From: Raja brachyura
Taxonomy: Eukaryota
Length of the DNA stretch: 64,000 nt
NCBI GenBank assembly: GCA_963514005.1
Contig: OY740811.1
Coordinates: forward strand, 26,474,001-26,538,000
Reading direction: 5' to 3'
Below, piece after piece: positions 49,988 to 62,490 of this stretch. The notes beneath the pieces were generated by a model. The model searched no databases. It saw only the letters and a list, made by a program, of their open reading frames with translations, and was not told the DNA's origin. How positions within the stretch are numbered: position 1 is the stretch's first letter; each line of letters begins with the position of its first letter. A program made the position numbers and the translations under genes.

Positions 49988-51495
49988 AACGACATCACTC
50001 CCAGAACAGACTTCCTCGACCGTAGAACAAGCCAATTTCCATCTACTAATACTATCCTCCGCCTGGCAGAGCCGGTCCTTACCCTCAACAACTTCTCCTT
50101 CGCATCCTCCCACTTCCTCCAAATCCAAGGCGTAGCTATGGGCACTCGCATGGGGCCCAGGTATGCCTGCCTCCTTGTTGGGTACGTCGAACAATCACTG
50201 TTCCAGGCGTACACTGGCCCTATCCCCGAACTCTACCTACATTGACGACTGCATCGGGGCTGCCTCCTGCACCCATGCAGAACTCACTGACTTCATCAAC
50301 TTCACGACTAATTTTCATCCTGCACTCAAATTCACTTGGACCATCTCCGACATCTCCCGACAGTTTCTGGATCTCACCGTCTTCATCACAGGAGACAGAC
50401 TATTGACCGACATTTAGTACAAACCTACTGACTCCCATAGCTATCTGGACTACATTTCTTTCCACCCTGCTTCATGTAAAGACTCGTCCCCTACTTCCAA
50501 TTCCTCCGTCTACGCCGCATCTGCGCCCAGGATGAGGTTTTCCAGACTAGATCATCAGAGATGTCCTCATTCTTTAGGAAACAAGAGTTCCCCTCTTCCA
50601 TTATAGATGAGGCTCTCACAAGAATCTCCTCGATATCTCGCAGCTCCGCTCTTGCTCCCCCTCTCCCCATTCGCAACAAGGACAGGTCCCCCTTGTCCTC
50701 TCTCTCCACCCCATCAGACGTCGCATATAATCCTCCAACACTTTCGCCACCTCCAACGAGATCCCACTAGTGGCCACATCTTCCCATCTCCACCCCTTTC
50801 CGCAGAAACCATTCCCTCCACAACTCCCTGGTCAACTCGTCCCTTCCCACCCAAACCACCCCCTCCCCAGGTACTTTCCCTTGCAACTGCAAGAGATGCA
50901 ACACCTGTCCCTTTACCTCCCCCCATCGACTCCATCCAAGGACTCCGACAGTTTTTTCAGGTGAGCAGAGGTCCATTTGCACCTCCTCCAACCTCATCTA
51001 CTGTATCCGCTGTTCCAGGTGTCAACTTCAGTACATCGGCGACACCAAGTGGCGACCCGGCGATCGTTTCGCTGAACACCTCCGCTCAGTCCTGATCTCC
51101 CGGTTGCTCAGCGCTTCAACTCCCCCATTCCCATTCTGACCTTTCTGGCCTGGACCTCCTCCATTGTCAGAGTGAGGCCCAGCGCAAATTGGAGGAACAG
51201 CACCTCATATTTCGCTTGGGTAGCTTACACCCCAGCGGTATGAACATTGATTACTCTAACTTCAAATAGCCCTTGCTTTCCCTCTCTCTCCATCGCCATC
51301 CCCTTCCCAGTTCTCCCACCAGTCTCACTATCTCGGACTGCCTCTGTCTTGCCCACTCTTCTGACATCAGTCTGAAGAGTCTCGACCCGAAATGTCACCC
51401 ATCCCTTCTCTCCAGAGACGCTGCCTGTCCCGCTGAGCTACTCCAGAATTTTGTGTCTACCTTTGATTTAAACCAGCATCTGCAGTTCTTTCCAA
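49988..51495 (+). mobile_element. Penelope-like element, 5'-truncated (RT, GIY-YIG endonuclease, terminal repeat)
   Basis: LTLNNFSF...QIQGVAMGTRMGP...YIDDCIG...FHPALKFTW; NLIYCIRCSRCQLQYIGDTK (GIY-YIG); frameshifted. Confidence 0.95.
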
Positions 51496-52679
51496 TACAG
51501 ACTTCAATTCACTCTCTCTAGCTTCCCCTTAATCCTTTGAAAGTGATCTTCAAAATGGTCCTTCAACCAACAGTTCAGTTAAGAAAAGAAACTCTCTTTG
51601 TCATCTAATAGTTGACTACAAGAAGGAAATATAGAAACTATTTATAACTGTGGGGGATTGGACAGAGGTAACTAACTATCAGCAGGGATTTCATTCTAGT
51701 AATTTAATAGTTCTGCAATAACAGCAATCAGTGCTGAGCATGCAGTATTAATCCCCTCCCATCGAAGAAAATGTGACCTCAGCTAGACTTAATTTCCAAT
51801 TGATGCTCAATGTTAGCAGTGAAATTTTCCATTTGTTTCCAATCTGTGTTTTCAGACTCCATGTTGTGATCTTGAGGTGTGATTTCACGTTTGGAAATTA
51901 CCTAACATCAGTTTAATCTGTCATAATTTTGGCAGCTCTATTCCCCCACTTCTTCCTCACTGCTTTGAACACAAGAATCCTAATTTATATTTCCCAGCAG
52001 TGTCTCCACCCTCCCCCAATCTGGAAACAATGAGGCTTTTTTTAAATCCCGGTTTGATAGCATTAACTGGGTGCATGTGGGATTGACAGCACAGAAGGGC
52101 GGCGTTCAGCTGGAATATGGTTTTAAGGGGCGAGTCACTGTCCAATACTTTGCCAAAATGACTCCTCTTTCAGGAGTCCGTCTCGAGACCCAGCAGGATT
52201 GCATATTCATTCTTCAGTTAAAAACCAAAATAATGTCTGCCCATTTCCCAGCTTTAAACCAAGGATGCCGAGAGCAACAAAACTCGTCGCAATAAAAAAA
52301 ATGTTTAGATTAATAGCATCTGTTAGCATTTGCTGTGCAGCCCTTTAAGCGATGACATTCCAGCTATCATTCCAAGTATTTTTTATTTTAAATGTGATGA
52401 TGATTTCCCCCTCCACCATCTATTTGGCCAATACATCCCTGACTCCCTCCACTGTTTTGGATTTCTTTTTCCTCATCTCCCATTTACTTTTTCGGTCTTA
52501 AACCCTACGCTTTCAAGCTATTGACCTCTCTGCAAAGGGGAATGCTTCCTTTCAGTTTACCCTTTGTGGATGTTGAATAATTTAACTTTAAATCTTTGGA
52601 TTCAAAGATCGTTCAACAAATCCCTCTACAGAACAAGCACTATCTTCATGAGATTCACCTTGGCTCTCTCAGTTTAACA

Positions 52680-53045
52680 TCATTGCATTTGTGTTACATC
52701 TTTCACAACCTCAGGATGTCACTAGACAATCTGTAGCCAGTTGAGTCCGTCTGAAATGTAAATAATCAGTGCACAACAAGCACTGACAAACAGCAATGGA
52801 GAATGCAGGAATAACCTATTTTAGTGATGTCGGTTTGAGGAGTAAATATTGATCAGCCCTTCTTAAAAACTTTTAATTCCACCTAAGGGAATGGTTAAAT
52901 GTATTTGAAAGACAGCTCCACCAAAAGTGTACGCCATCGGTATTGCACTGGAATTGTCAGCTAGATTTGCTTGCTTATGTCTGCAATGTGCAGCTGGAAT
53001 CCATGAAAAGAGAACGCTATCCAATGAACCGCATCGGAGGCCAGT
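52680..53045 (-). mobile_element. DeuSINE/SacSINE-like relic
   Basis: GCACAACAAGCACTGACAAACAGCAATG...TTTAGTGATGTCGGTTTGAGG..AAATATTG...TGCACTGGAATTGTCAGCTAGATT. Confidence 0.55.
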
Positions 53046-54974
53046 CCACATAAAACACAGGATCAGCGGGAACAGACTTACTCAAATCAACACCTAGAGC
53101 AGTCTTGATGCAGTTTTATAATTAAATACTGGCTGGTTATGGGCAAAAGTTCCAAAGGGGTCAGAAGACTGCTGCCGCCAGAAGTTAACTAACAGATCAG
53201 CCACATTCACATTTAAATGCCAAGCAGGCTCAAGGGACCACGCAAGCCTCCTTCTCCTCCTACATTCTTGCTTTTGACACAAATGTGAACTGCATCTTAA
53301 TGTTCGAAGTCCGTAGATGGTGTTGGAGGGAGGAGGCAGGAGAAACACGTCCCCGAGAGCCTATTTGTTCCATTTCTAGTAGAGGTCACTGGATAATGAT
53401 TGGGAACAGGAACGATGCCTGCAGTATTCCTCGCTTTAAACCCAAGATGCTGATCCCCATTCCGACAGCAAAATTCAGATTAATACAATGGTCCAAACTG
53501 TGTACAAAACAGGCTTCAGACACAAACCATCCTGTGAATAAGATTGAGCTATATAATAGACAAATAAATTACTAATAAAGCACATGGACTTTAAAAATGT
53601 GCAGCCAAATGCATAATCGTCCATCCCTGCATTGCCATGTTCCCACCAACATCTGCCTCAGTTAGCTTGTTACCATTAGTTTGTTCCATACCCTCCTGAC
53701 AGAGAACTGATTCTTTTGAAATAAATCACAGAGCAATGTGCTACTGCATTTAGCACAGAAGATGAGGCACATTGCAACGTCTGGTACAGACAATAACAAC
53801 TCAGGGATTCTGAACTTAATTTCAACAGAGCACCCGGCTTGAGGTCAATAACAGGAATCTGAGAACGGACTATCACCTGTTAAAATGTTTGTTTAACTGA
53901 AATAAAAAGAGACAAACATCTCTTTGCAGAGGATAACTTACCTCAGAGGCAAGACCACCAGCAGATGATAGCAAGGAAGATTACGAATTTATCAGGTCCT
54001 GATGACTCCAGTGGTTACAGCAGCCTGTAGTTGAGCCACAGAGACCTGCAGGTTCGAGGTTCAACTTCCAGTGTGCGCTGGGCTAAATCTCAACCAGGGC
54101 AGCAGTAGGCCCACATTAAAAATGGTCTCCCTTGCATTAGGAAAGGGAGAAAATAAAATGAACGTTGCATTTCCTGCTCCCCTGATCATAATCCTGAAAA
54201 ATACCCTTGCATCAGAACAGGAGTGGTCTCAGTATGTGATCACCAAACTTTAACATACTCTCACCAACAATCCACGTACAAACATCAAGAATGGTCACTT
54301 GGAAAAAGGACTGGCATCCAACTTCACACGACAAACAACAAAACAGCAAAAGTAGTGTCTGCAGAAGAAAGGACCAGGGAGGCCCTGGGAGGAAGTTGGG
54401 AGAAAAATTAAATTGTTTAGTTGCTTCGATTGGGTCTCAGTTCAGCAATGCCACATGTCCTTTTGTCCACAAAGAATATGATGGCTTGGGTGACTGATGA
54501 CAAAATAATCTTCACTGAAAAATATCGGTAATATTGATGGGTAACGCTATTAAATTATTCACTCACAGTACACAGAGTGGACTCCTGACTGAAATCCAAT
54601 TAAGCTGTTCTGGGTGGCTCATATCTTGAGGAAAAGTAACTGAGTGATGGCTTGAAATTAATCAAAAAACATATTAACAATATATATCCTGAAAGGAGGT
54701 GTGGGCTGGATTGAGGATGTTTATCACCATTTCAGTTCAGACCCTACAACAGAACTGACAAACAGTTTTTATTACAGAGCAGAAAGTGCCAGATTTGATC
54801 CAATAATAAGAATTTGGACAAAGAAAAGGAGCAAGCAGATGAGGAGAGGCGGCCACATTTGCCAAGTAAATTCGAGTTACCTGGAGAGTGTGTGGCATGG
54901 CATAAGGACTTGGACCACACAAGGAAACTGAGTAGCAGGTGGAGATAGATGTTGCTATCATTATACACCTGGGT

Positions 54975-55114
54975 CTTCCTCTTCTTGCGTGCGGCGTGCA
55001 CAGCCTAAAGTTGCAGGACAACTTGTTCTATTTCATCTTATTTAAGTGTGCACGCCAGGTTGATTGCATTCGTTGAAACAGGGCGGACCACGTGGAGGTT
55101 GCAATCTCCCACCC
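54975..55114 (-). mobile_element. ~150-bp non-autonomous retroposon with HDV-like ribozyme head, copy 2
   Basis: TSD ATACACCTGGGT / GTATACCTGGGT (54963-54974 and 55115-55126); tail GCCGCACGCAAGAAGAGGAAGA; collinear with copy 1. Confidence 0.85.
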
Positions 55115-55115
55115 G
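55062..55115 (-). ncRNA. Minimal HDV-like ribozyme fold retaining J4/2 CGAA
   Basis: (C)GGGUGG GA GAUUGCA ACC UCCACGU GGU CCGCCCU GU UUCAA CGAA UGCAAUC. Confidence 0.8.
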
Positions 55116-58100
55116 TATACCTGGGTATAGACCTATGAACATGTCTTCTGTTCACCGCTTCAGACCAGCAAATGGTGTGGACAAAAATGACACAAAGGGG
55201 AAAAAAGTCACTGAGTTATAGAACATATAACATTGAGATCTCATTGGTCCCAGGGTGTTGTGTTTTGTGAAAGTCACTGAATACACATGGGAACTCACAT
55301 TTTACCTGCACTTTAATATATCTGAATATTTAAGTAGTCGTAACAAGCCTCAATAAATCATTCAAGTCTTGAAAAAGCTCAACTGTCACTATGTTGTTAA
55401 AATACCACTTTTCCGGATGCAAAGGAAAAATGTTGGTGTGATTTAGATCGAAGAGATAAGCATGCAACTGAGAGTGCTGACAGACACGAAAATCCAACAA
55501 AAAGCTGTTAGCAATGCATAAAGATTCAACTGTTCTGGATAAGCTTTCTCTGACTGGGTAGCAATTCTTGAACAGAGTGAGGGGGAGGAGTGAACTAAGG
55601 AAAATAATGCAAAGTACAGGGGTTCAGAGCCTGGCTCACAGCCCCCTCGCAAAGGTACAATCAGGAATTGACAAATGTCAGGTAAAACCCATATTCTACG
55701 AAAGATTAATCAAAAGTCAATGCATATGTTGGGAATGACAGGCTGCCAAAGGTCTTGCCAGCCAGAGGAGCATGTGAAAATTATAGGACATCATGTAACA
55801 TTGAAGTGTTGTGAAATTTTAGGTCAGTGGGGATAAACCAGGCAAGCATTCAGCTACCCTGCATGGCCGATATCCCATTGGCCAATCTCTGTGAGCCAAA
55901 ATGCAGTGAAATATCCTGAGGCAGAGCAGAACCAAGCTACTGGATGTCTATGGTAATCCTGCCAGGCCTTGTGATGGAGCACGTTATTGGGAACAGAAAG
56001 AAACGGAGAAGATGTTTAAAACAGATAGTAACATTTTGCAAAACCTACTCTATGCAGTTCTCAGGATCTGAAATTTACATTTAATTTGCTGTACAGATGG
56101 TAAATTATTTATATGAAAAAACAATGTAGGAGGATTCTGGTTGATGAGAAATCCAAGTGAAAGGCTGAATCTGCAAGTGTAGGCTTGTAACAGGACAAAG
56201 CAGAGGAAGGCGGAGGTGTGATAGATCGACAAGTGGTGATTAGGTAACGTCAAGTACTGCGTCAGAAATGCTAATGTGTAAGGAAGGAAATCCTGAGGGT
56301 GGTGGCGAGTTCCACTGTTTTCAAAGTCAAGAGTTGGGCGAGTTTGAAAAAGAAGTGATGAGTTTTGAATGCAACATAATGTGGATGGAGATAGGGAAAG
56401 AAAGATGAGTTGTGGAATTCACCTTCAATGGGAATGTTTAAGAGAAATACTGATCAGATTGTTCATTTAAATGGTGACATTCATTGAATGCAATGTAACA
56501 TTTCTGGAATGGTTTTAAGCTGAAAAGGAGCAAACTACCCATTTCATTGCTGCCCATTGTTTGGTATAAACTCAGTAGCAGTCTTTCAAGGGTTTTGGAT
56601 TCATTAGGCTGTACAAATCATGCAGTCTGGCATTGTATTCTGCAAATCCCCGAGCCCCTTGGCAATATGAACTCACTTTGCCTCTGCTGTCCTTTCAGCA
56701 CTTGGCAATGACACTGCAGAGCACAATGATATGTCCACAGAAAGTAATAACGAATTATCTTGTGTATCTGACTGCACACACAAAGATACACACACTTAGG
56801 GCACAAGCAAATTCTGCCCCGCTCATTGCCTCAAACTCCCATATATCCAATTTCTTGCAACCTCCCTGATTCCGTTTATTACCCCTCAATTTATTTTTGC
56901 CAGTTTGTAATTTAATCTCTATCACAGTCAATATCATGTTTATGAAGGAATGAGAATACATTTCCAAGAGAGGGTGGTATATGAATTTTAGGTCACAATG
57001 GTCATATGCACCTGACATGTTGCTGATAGAGGTCGACACGCTGGGAGGATTTCACAGAAGCAGCTTTAGCAAGTTTGTGCAGGGCATCTAGGAAACAGTT
57101 AACAAAGCACCGGTGACAGAGGGAGTGACAGTCTAAGGTGGTGGAAGGAGTGTCAATTAAGCTGCTGCATCGTCCCAGACGGTGTTGGGCTTTTTTGGGT
57201 GTTAGATGTACCTGATGAGTGAGCAGGAAATGGCCATGTGTATATTTCTAGACTTTGTGAGGGGGGGTTCAGAATCAAAGGTGCTTCTGTCCAGTGCGAG
57301 ATGCTGACCCAAAGCCCCTATCTCTGGCAAAACATGAGGTGGAACCTTGGTGTGCGTGAACGGGACAACAATCTTCCTCCCTTCGTGGGGAAATCTTTTG
57401 GAAGAGCAAACTGTAGGAGTATTCGGTCTTCATGGGGTGGGTTTCACTATCAAGGTAATCCTGGATAAGTCAATGTCTCATGATACTCCATCTCATTCCA
57501 ATAGAGAACCATTTTGCTTTGATTATTACATCCCAAGCCTGGAAGCTATGAATATAAGATCAAAGAGGATTTTTACTTAAAACTTGAGAAAACCTTCAGC
57601 TGCATTCATTGCAGGTGAAGACATATTGTTTCTCCTACATAACACCAATGCCAGAACAAGAACGGATGCAAATTTCTGGAAAGGTTAAATTGATTAGGGA
57701 AGTGGTGTCCTCGTGCTGACAAAATGCTCGGAGCACGACTTTTTCCATAAGGAACACGTTATTTGGCCAGGCACACAATTATAAGACCTCATGGCAAAAT
57801 CCTTAATCTACAGACAGGCACTGTCAGCTTACATCACAGCCAGGTGAGAGACCACAAGCATGTCCACATCACCTGCGACATGACAGGTACCAAAAACTCT
57901 TAGACTGATTACAGAAACTTATTCAGTTATTTCCATTAGCCGGCTCCTTAACCAATGCTGACCACAGAAATTATCTCTCAAGAAAGTTAATGTTGAATGT
58001 GTCAAGGATGTTGCAAAAACACTTTTCTCAGAGAATGCCTCTCATTCAATCTGATGATTCTCAACCAAGAAAAGTTGCAATGCCCTCTGTGCCAGAGCTA

Positions 58101-58518
58101 TCTTGAACTTTACCATAATGAGCACTTCTGAACAGCCTTTTGGTTTCTTGAAAATAAATCGTTGGGACTGCTTTAATGAGAGTAATCAAGAGATCCTGGA
58201 GCTAATCAACATCAAAAGCAAGGTATTCCTGGATTGGAAAGTCCACCGCACACATGGGGAAAACGAACAGCTCAACAAACATCTGAAGGTTCACAGAGAT
58301 TCAGTCTTCGAATGAAAATAAGCAAGGAGTGCAGGATGACCAGCGACTCAACAACAACCAGGAAGTGCTGCTTTTTTAGTGTCAATGCCATTCACAGCCT
58401 AGACCCCGCATCAATCGGAGCCATGAATGGTTGTGAGCTTTATTTTGTAGCCATTGCAACATTGGCTGGATAAAAAGCATTTCCAAGAATTCCCCAACCG
58501 AGATGCTATATGTGATGA

Positions 58519-58613
58519 CTGAAGAAGGGTTCCGACCCGAAACATCGCCTATTCCTGTCCTCCAGAGATGCTGCCTGACCCACTGAGTTACTCCAGCGTT
58601 TTGTGTCTATCTT
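58519..58613 (+). mobile_element. Solo Penelope terminal-repeat insertion starting at the hammerhead core, 16-bp TSD
   Basis: CTGAAGAAGGGTTCCGACCCGAAACATC...; TGCTAT(A/G)TGTGATGAC at 58504 and 58614. Confidence 0.8.
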
Positions 58614-58659
58614 TGCTATGTGTGATGACCTGGTCCATTCCAGCTGTCATGCCAAACGT

Positions 58660-58900
58660 ACAAGATCATTGTAGTGTTGGAAATATGGTCAATTAATTGT
58701 AAGATCTCACCAGCAACAATAGAGCAATGACCCCACAATCTATTTTAGTTGCACAGGTTGATGGATAAATAATGGCCTGGGGCATTGAAAATAACTATTC
58801 TTCTTCAGTATGAGATCTTCAATATGAGTGGCATGAGATCTTTTACTTCCATCTTAGAGGATGGAAGTAAGTCTCCGTTTAATATTTAATTTGAAAGAAA
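58660..58900 (-). mobile_element. DeuSINE/SacSINE-like relic
   Basis: GGATAAATAATGGCCTGG...GGCATGAGATCTTTTACTTCCATCTTAGAGG...GTTTAATATTTAATTTGAAAGA. Confidence 0.5.
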
Positions 58901-59639
58901 AGTCTTAAAATCTTTCAAATTCCATATGCACAAAGGATAAAACATTTGGATGCAGACATACACAGCCAAGGGATGTCACATGCACACAAAATCAGGCTGC
59001 ACAGAAGGGGGCCTGCGATCCATGGTGCTTGTGCTGGATCTTTGAAAGAGCTATCCAATTAGTCCCACACCCTGCTCCTTCTCCACAGCCATGAAAAAGA
59101 TTCCCTTCAAGTATTTCTTCAATTCCCTTTTGGAAGTTCCTATTAAATCTATTTCTCCTGTTCTTAAAGGCAGTGTGATCCACTGAAGTCACAAAATACA
59201 AAAAGAACTCTCCTCAAGTCCCACTACCCTGGCTCTTCTGTCAATTAACTTAAATCTCCGTCTTCTAGTGCTTTTTGCAAGATGGGAACCTACAACACCA
59301 TGCAGTACAGTAGTCGCAACTGAGGTCTGAAAATTCAATTGCTTTTACATCGCATATGTAGGAGGGCATCCAAAAATGCTGCAACTTAAGGGGTTGCCAA
59401 TAACAAAAAATGGAACATTGTAGATCTTACCACTTGATTGGGAAATGTACACGGTATATATTTGTTCACTTGCTCTAACTTTGTGTTGCCCAGTACTATT
59501 GACCAATAAGACTATATTGAAGCTGTGTCAATATCAATACAAGTCCTTGAATATTACTCAGTGTGGGAAAAAAAATATCAGTCTTGCTTCTGTACCCAAT
59601 TCCTCTTGCTATCAAAGCCAGCATTTACACTTTACCTTC

Positions 59640-60175
59640 CTATCCACCTACTGTACCTGCATGCTTACTTTCATTGACTGGTGTACTAAGACACCCAGTT
59701 CCTTATATCTTACCATTGAACTAACAATCTTCATTAGAGACAAAATGCTGGAGTAACTCAGCGGGACAGGCAGCAGCTCTGGACAGAAGGAATAGGTGAC
59801 GTTTTGGGTTGAGACCCATCTCCAGTCCGAAGAAGGCTCTCGACCCGAAGAGCCTGAAGAAGGGTCTCGACCCAAAACGTCACCCATCCCTTCTATCCAG
59901 AGATGCTGCCTGTCCCGCTGAGTTACTCCGGCATTTTGTGTCTCTCTTCGGTGCAAACCAGCATCTGCAGTTCCTTCCCATAACATAATAATCCGCTTTC
60001 CCCATTTTAACACCAAAGTAGATAATCTTGGATTTATCCACATTAGACTGCCATGCATCTGCCGTGCATTTGGCCACTCACGCAACCAGTCGATATAACT
60101 CTGGAGCCTCCCTGTATCCCTGTCACAGCTCACATTTCCATCGTGCTTTGTGTTGTCCACAAACCTGGAGATATT
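59640..60175 (-). mobile_element. CR1 RT fragment interrupted by a fold-back Penelope repeat (59737-59980)
   Basis: ELGVLVHQSMKVSMQVQ and RLQSYIDWLREW...NVDKSKIIYFG flank the Penelope-derived inverted pair. Confidence 0.85.
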
Positions 60176-62340
60176 ATGGGTAATGTTAAATCAGGAATAT
60201 ATACCGTGAGTAGCTTTTATAGTCGTTGTTTATATACCCTCCAAGCTTGCTCTCATACTCTAGTTTTGTAGGTATTTTCCTTGGATCTGATACTATTTCT
60301 AATTTCACTTGCTAGCTACAATAGAGCTATCCTATCTGTATTATTTTTGTTGCATCCTTAAATGTTTGCCATTACTGATGAACTGTCAACCCCATGTGTA
60401 ACGGTCACTCATCTATTTAAGTCAATCTATCTCAATATATACCTATGATTCAAAGTGTTTTGTAGTGGCCTGGCACCTGGAATGGATTAAACTATAAACT
60501 TGCAGTTATACATCATGTTCAAAGATTCTGTTCGGTTGTTTGTACTGAACAACAAGATGATTTATGTGTTATAAGTACTAAAGAGAGAATTTGAAGGATC
60601 TTGTCCAACTAATTTGTTCAAACTATACTTTGTGAAAGGTTTTGAGACCAGATATTGTTGTGGTTTGTTTAATACATCTTTGGTATTTTAAAGTAGTTCC
60701 AAGTGGGAATAAATCTGTTTTACAGGTCACAGTGCTGTAAACATGGCTGGAGTGGTTGCGTTCGGCATATTTTGAAGTAATAGAACACCAGGCACTGTAA
60801 GACAGTAGGTGTTTGAGCAGAACATGACATTACTCTCTGTGCCATATATTAAATGCTTAAATTTTAGATTAAAGAGAGTGCAGACACCCCTCTTAAAAGT
60901 GTCTTTTTATAGCAAGTACATGCACGAGGGATCGGGAATAAACCAGGAAGGTAAAACGCCGGTGCATGGTTTTGTACCTTTTAGTCAATGTTTGCTTTTC
61001 AAGAACTGTCACTGGTAACATGGAGAATCTCCACCTCTGCATCCAATCTCAGCTCATGCAGCAAAATAAAATATCGACATGGGTTTCGCATCTGCAGTGA
61101 ACTGTGTGAACTGCGGAACTTTATAAAAAACGCTCACAAAGTTTTAGCAATGCCTGTGGCATGGACTCCGCCGGTGGACTCCGATGCTGACGTCATCAAG
61201 CTGAATCCCTCACAGCAGAATTCAAAATACGGTTGCTTCATTTAGCATAAATTGCATGCAATTAATCCCTTTCAAAAAAGCTTTTGGATAGTTTAAAAAA
61301 AAAAGGAAAAATCAATATTTATTTCACTACAAACATCTATAGACTGATAAATAAAGATTGGAACATACACATATGGTTCGGCAGAACTTGAATAATCATA
61401 ATCTAAATAAAATGTTACCTGAAAAATTGCTACATTTGGAAATATTTATCCAAAAATAGTCCTCACACAATAAAAATACTTTTATGTTGCACCTGCACAG
61501 AAATCACATAATTGCCATGACTTTCACAATTTAATGATAGCCAATGCTAGTAACACAATCTGGGCAACAAATATATTGATTCCAACAACATGTTATACTA
61601 AATCTCAGGAGGTACATCCAGAATTGCATCTGTGGAATAATATTCCCCTTCCCAAGCCTGCGATCCTGCAACTTCTCTGGACAAGAATGACAATGAAATG
61701 CCTTTTCAGGTAGCTTGGTGCTGTCATCAGATGCTCATTGAAACTTCCTGAACTCATTTTGGTCCCGACTCCAAATCATGACTGCTGCTGGAAACAATCC
61801 AAATGTAGAGATCATGGAAGGACAATTTGAAATTGGCCATTTAGCAAGCATCACTGAATGTCGAGGCTCAAACGTGAAGGTTAGCTATATTCGAGTGAGA
61901 TACCAGGTAACTTGTACTTGCAAAATCATGCTCAACAAAGAGACAACACCTTCAGGTCAGAAGGGAAGGGAAATAATCGACATAAATTCTGCTCAGGAAA
62001 ACACAGTGGTTTTGTGATGTAAATCTTCCATTGCAGGTTTGGAGAGATAAGATGCACCCATTAACCTTCTGTGTTATTTTAAACTTGCTTACTTGAGCTG
62101 ACAAGACAAGTGAATGGTGGCTGTTATTTTGGCAAGGTGAATGCAAATCTTTTTCTCGAAAGGAAATTACTTCTTTCAATTGAATCTTATTAATCTAAAT
62201 CAGTTGGTCAGACTGGTGTTCAGAATAAATAAGGAGCATGCCTTAATGCTGAAGGATTGCTGGCACCACACTACAGTTCGAAAAATACTGAATTATTTCA
62301 TCAAGAATTAAAGACAGGTTCGAGGGCAGGCAAAATCTCT

Positions 62341-62490
62341 AGGAAGGAACTGCAGATGCTGGTTTACACCAAAGATAGACACAAAATGTTGCCTGAAGAA
62401 GGGTCTCGACCCGAAACGTCACACATTCCTTCTATGCAGAGATGCTGCCAGTCCTGCTGAATTACTCCAGCATTTTGTGCCTATCATCTA
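62341..62490. repeat. Penelope terminal-repeat inverted junction containing an intact hammerhead core
   Basis: Minus-oriented arm, then plus-oriented CTGAAGAAGGGTCTCGACCCGAAACGTC at 62393-62420. Confidence 0.85.
62393..62420 (+). ncRNA. Minimal hammerhead ribozyme core (Penelope type)
   Basis: CUGAAGA-A-[GGGU CUCG ACCC]-GAAA-CG-UC; predicted cleavage after C62420; stem I weak. Confidence 0.6.

Noticed and set aside
53877-53941. 65-nt minus-strand intron-like segment with a perfect GAG|GTAAGT donor
   Set aside because: All upstream frames contain stops; isolated consensus sites are expected by chance.
59648-60160. Longest ORF in the track (170 aa)
   Set aside because: A chimera of CR1 pieces and an inserted Penelope fold-back repeat, not a gene.
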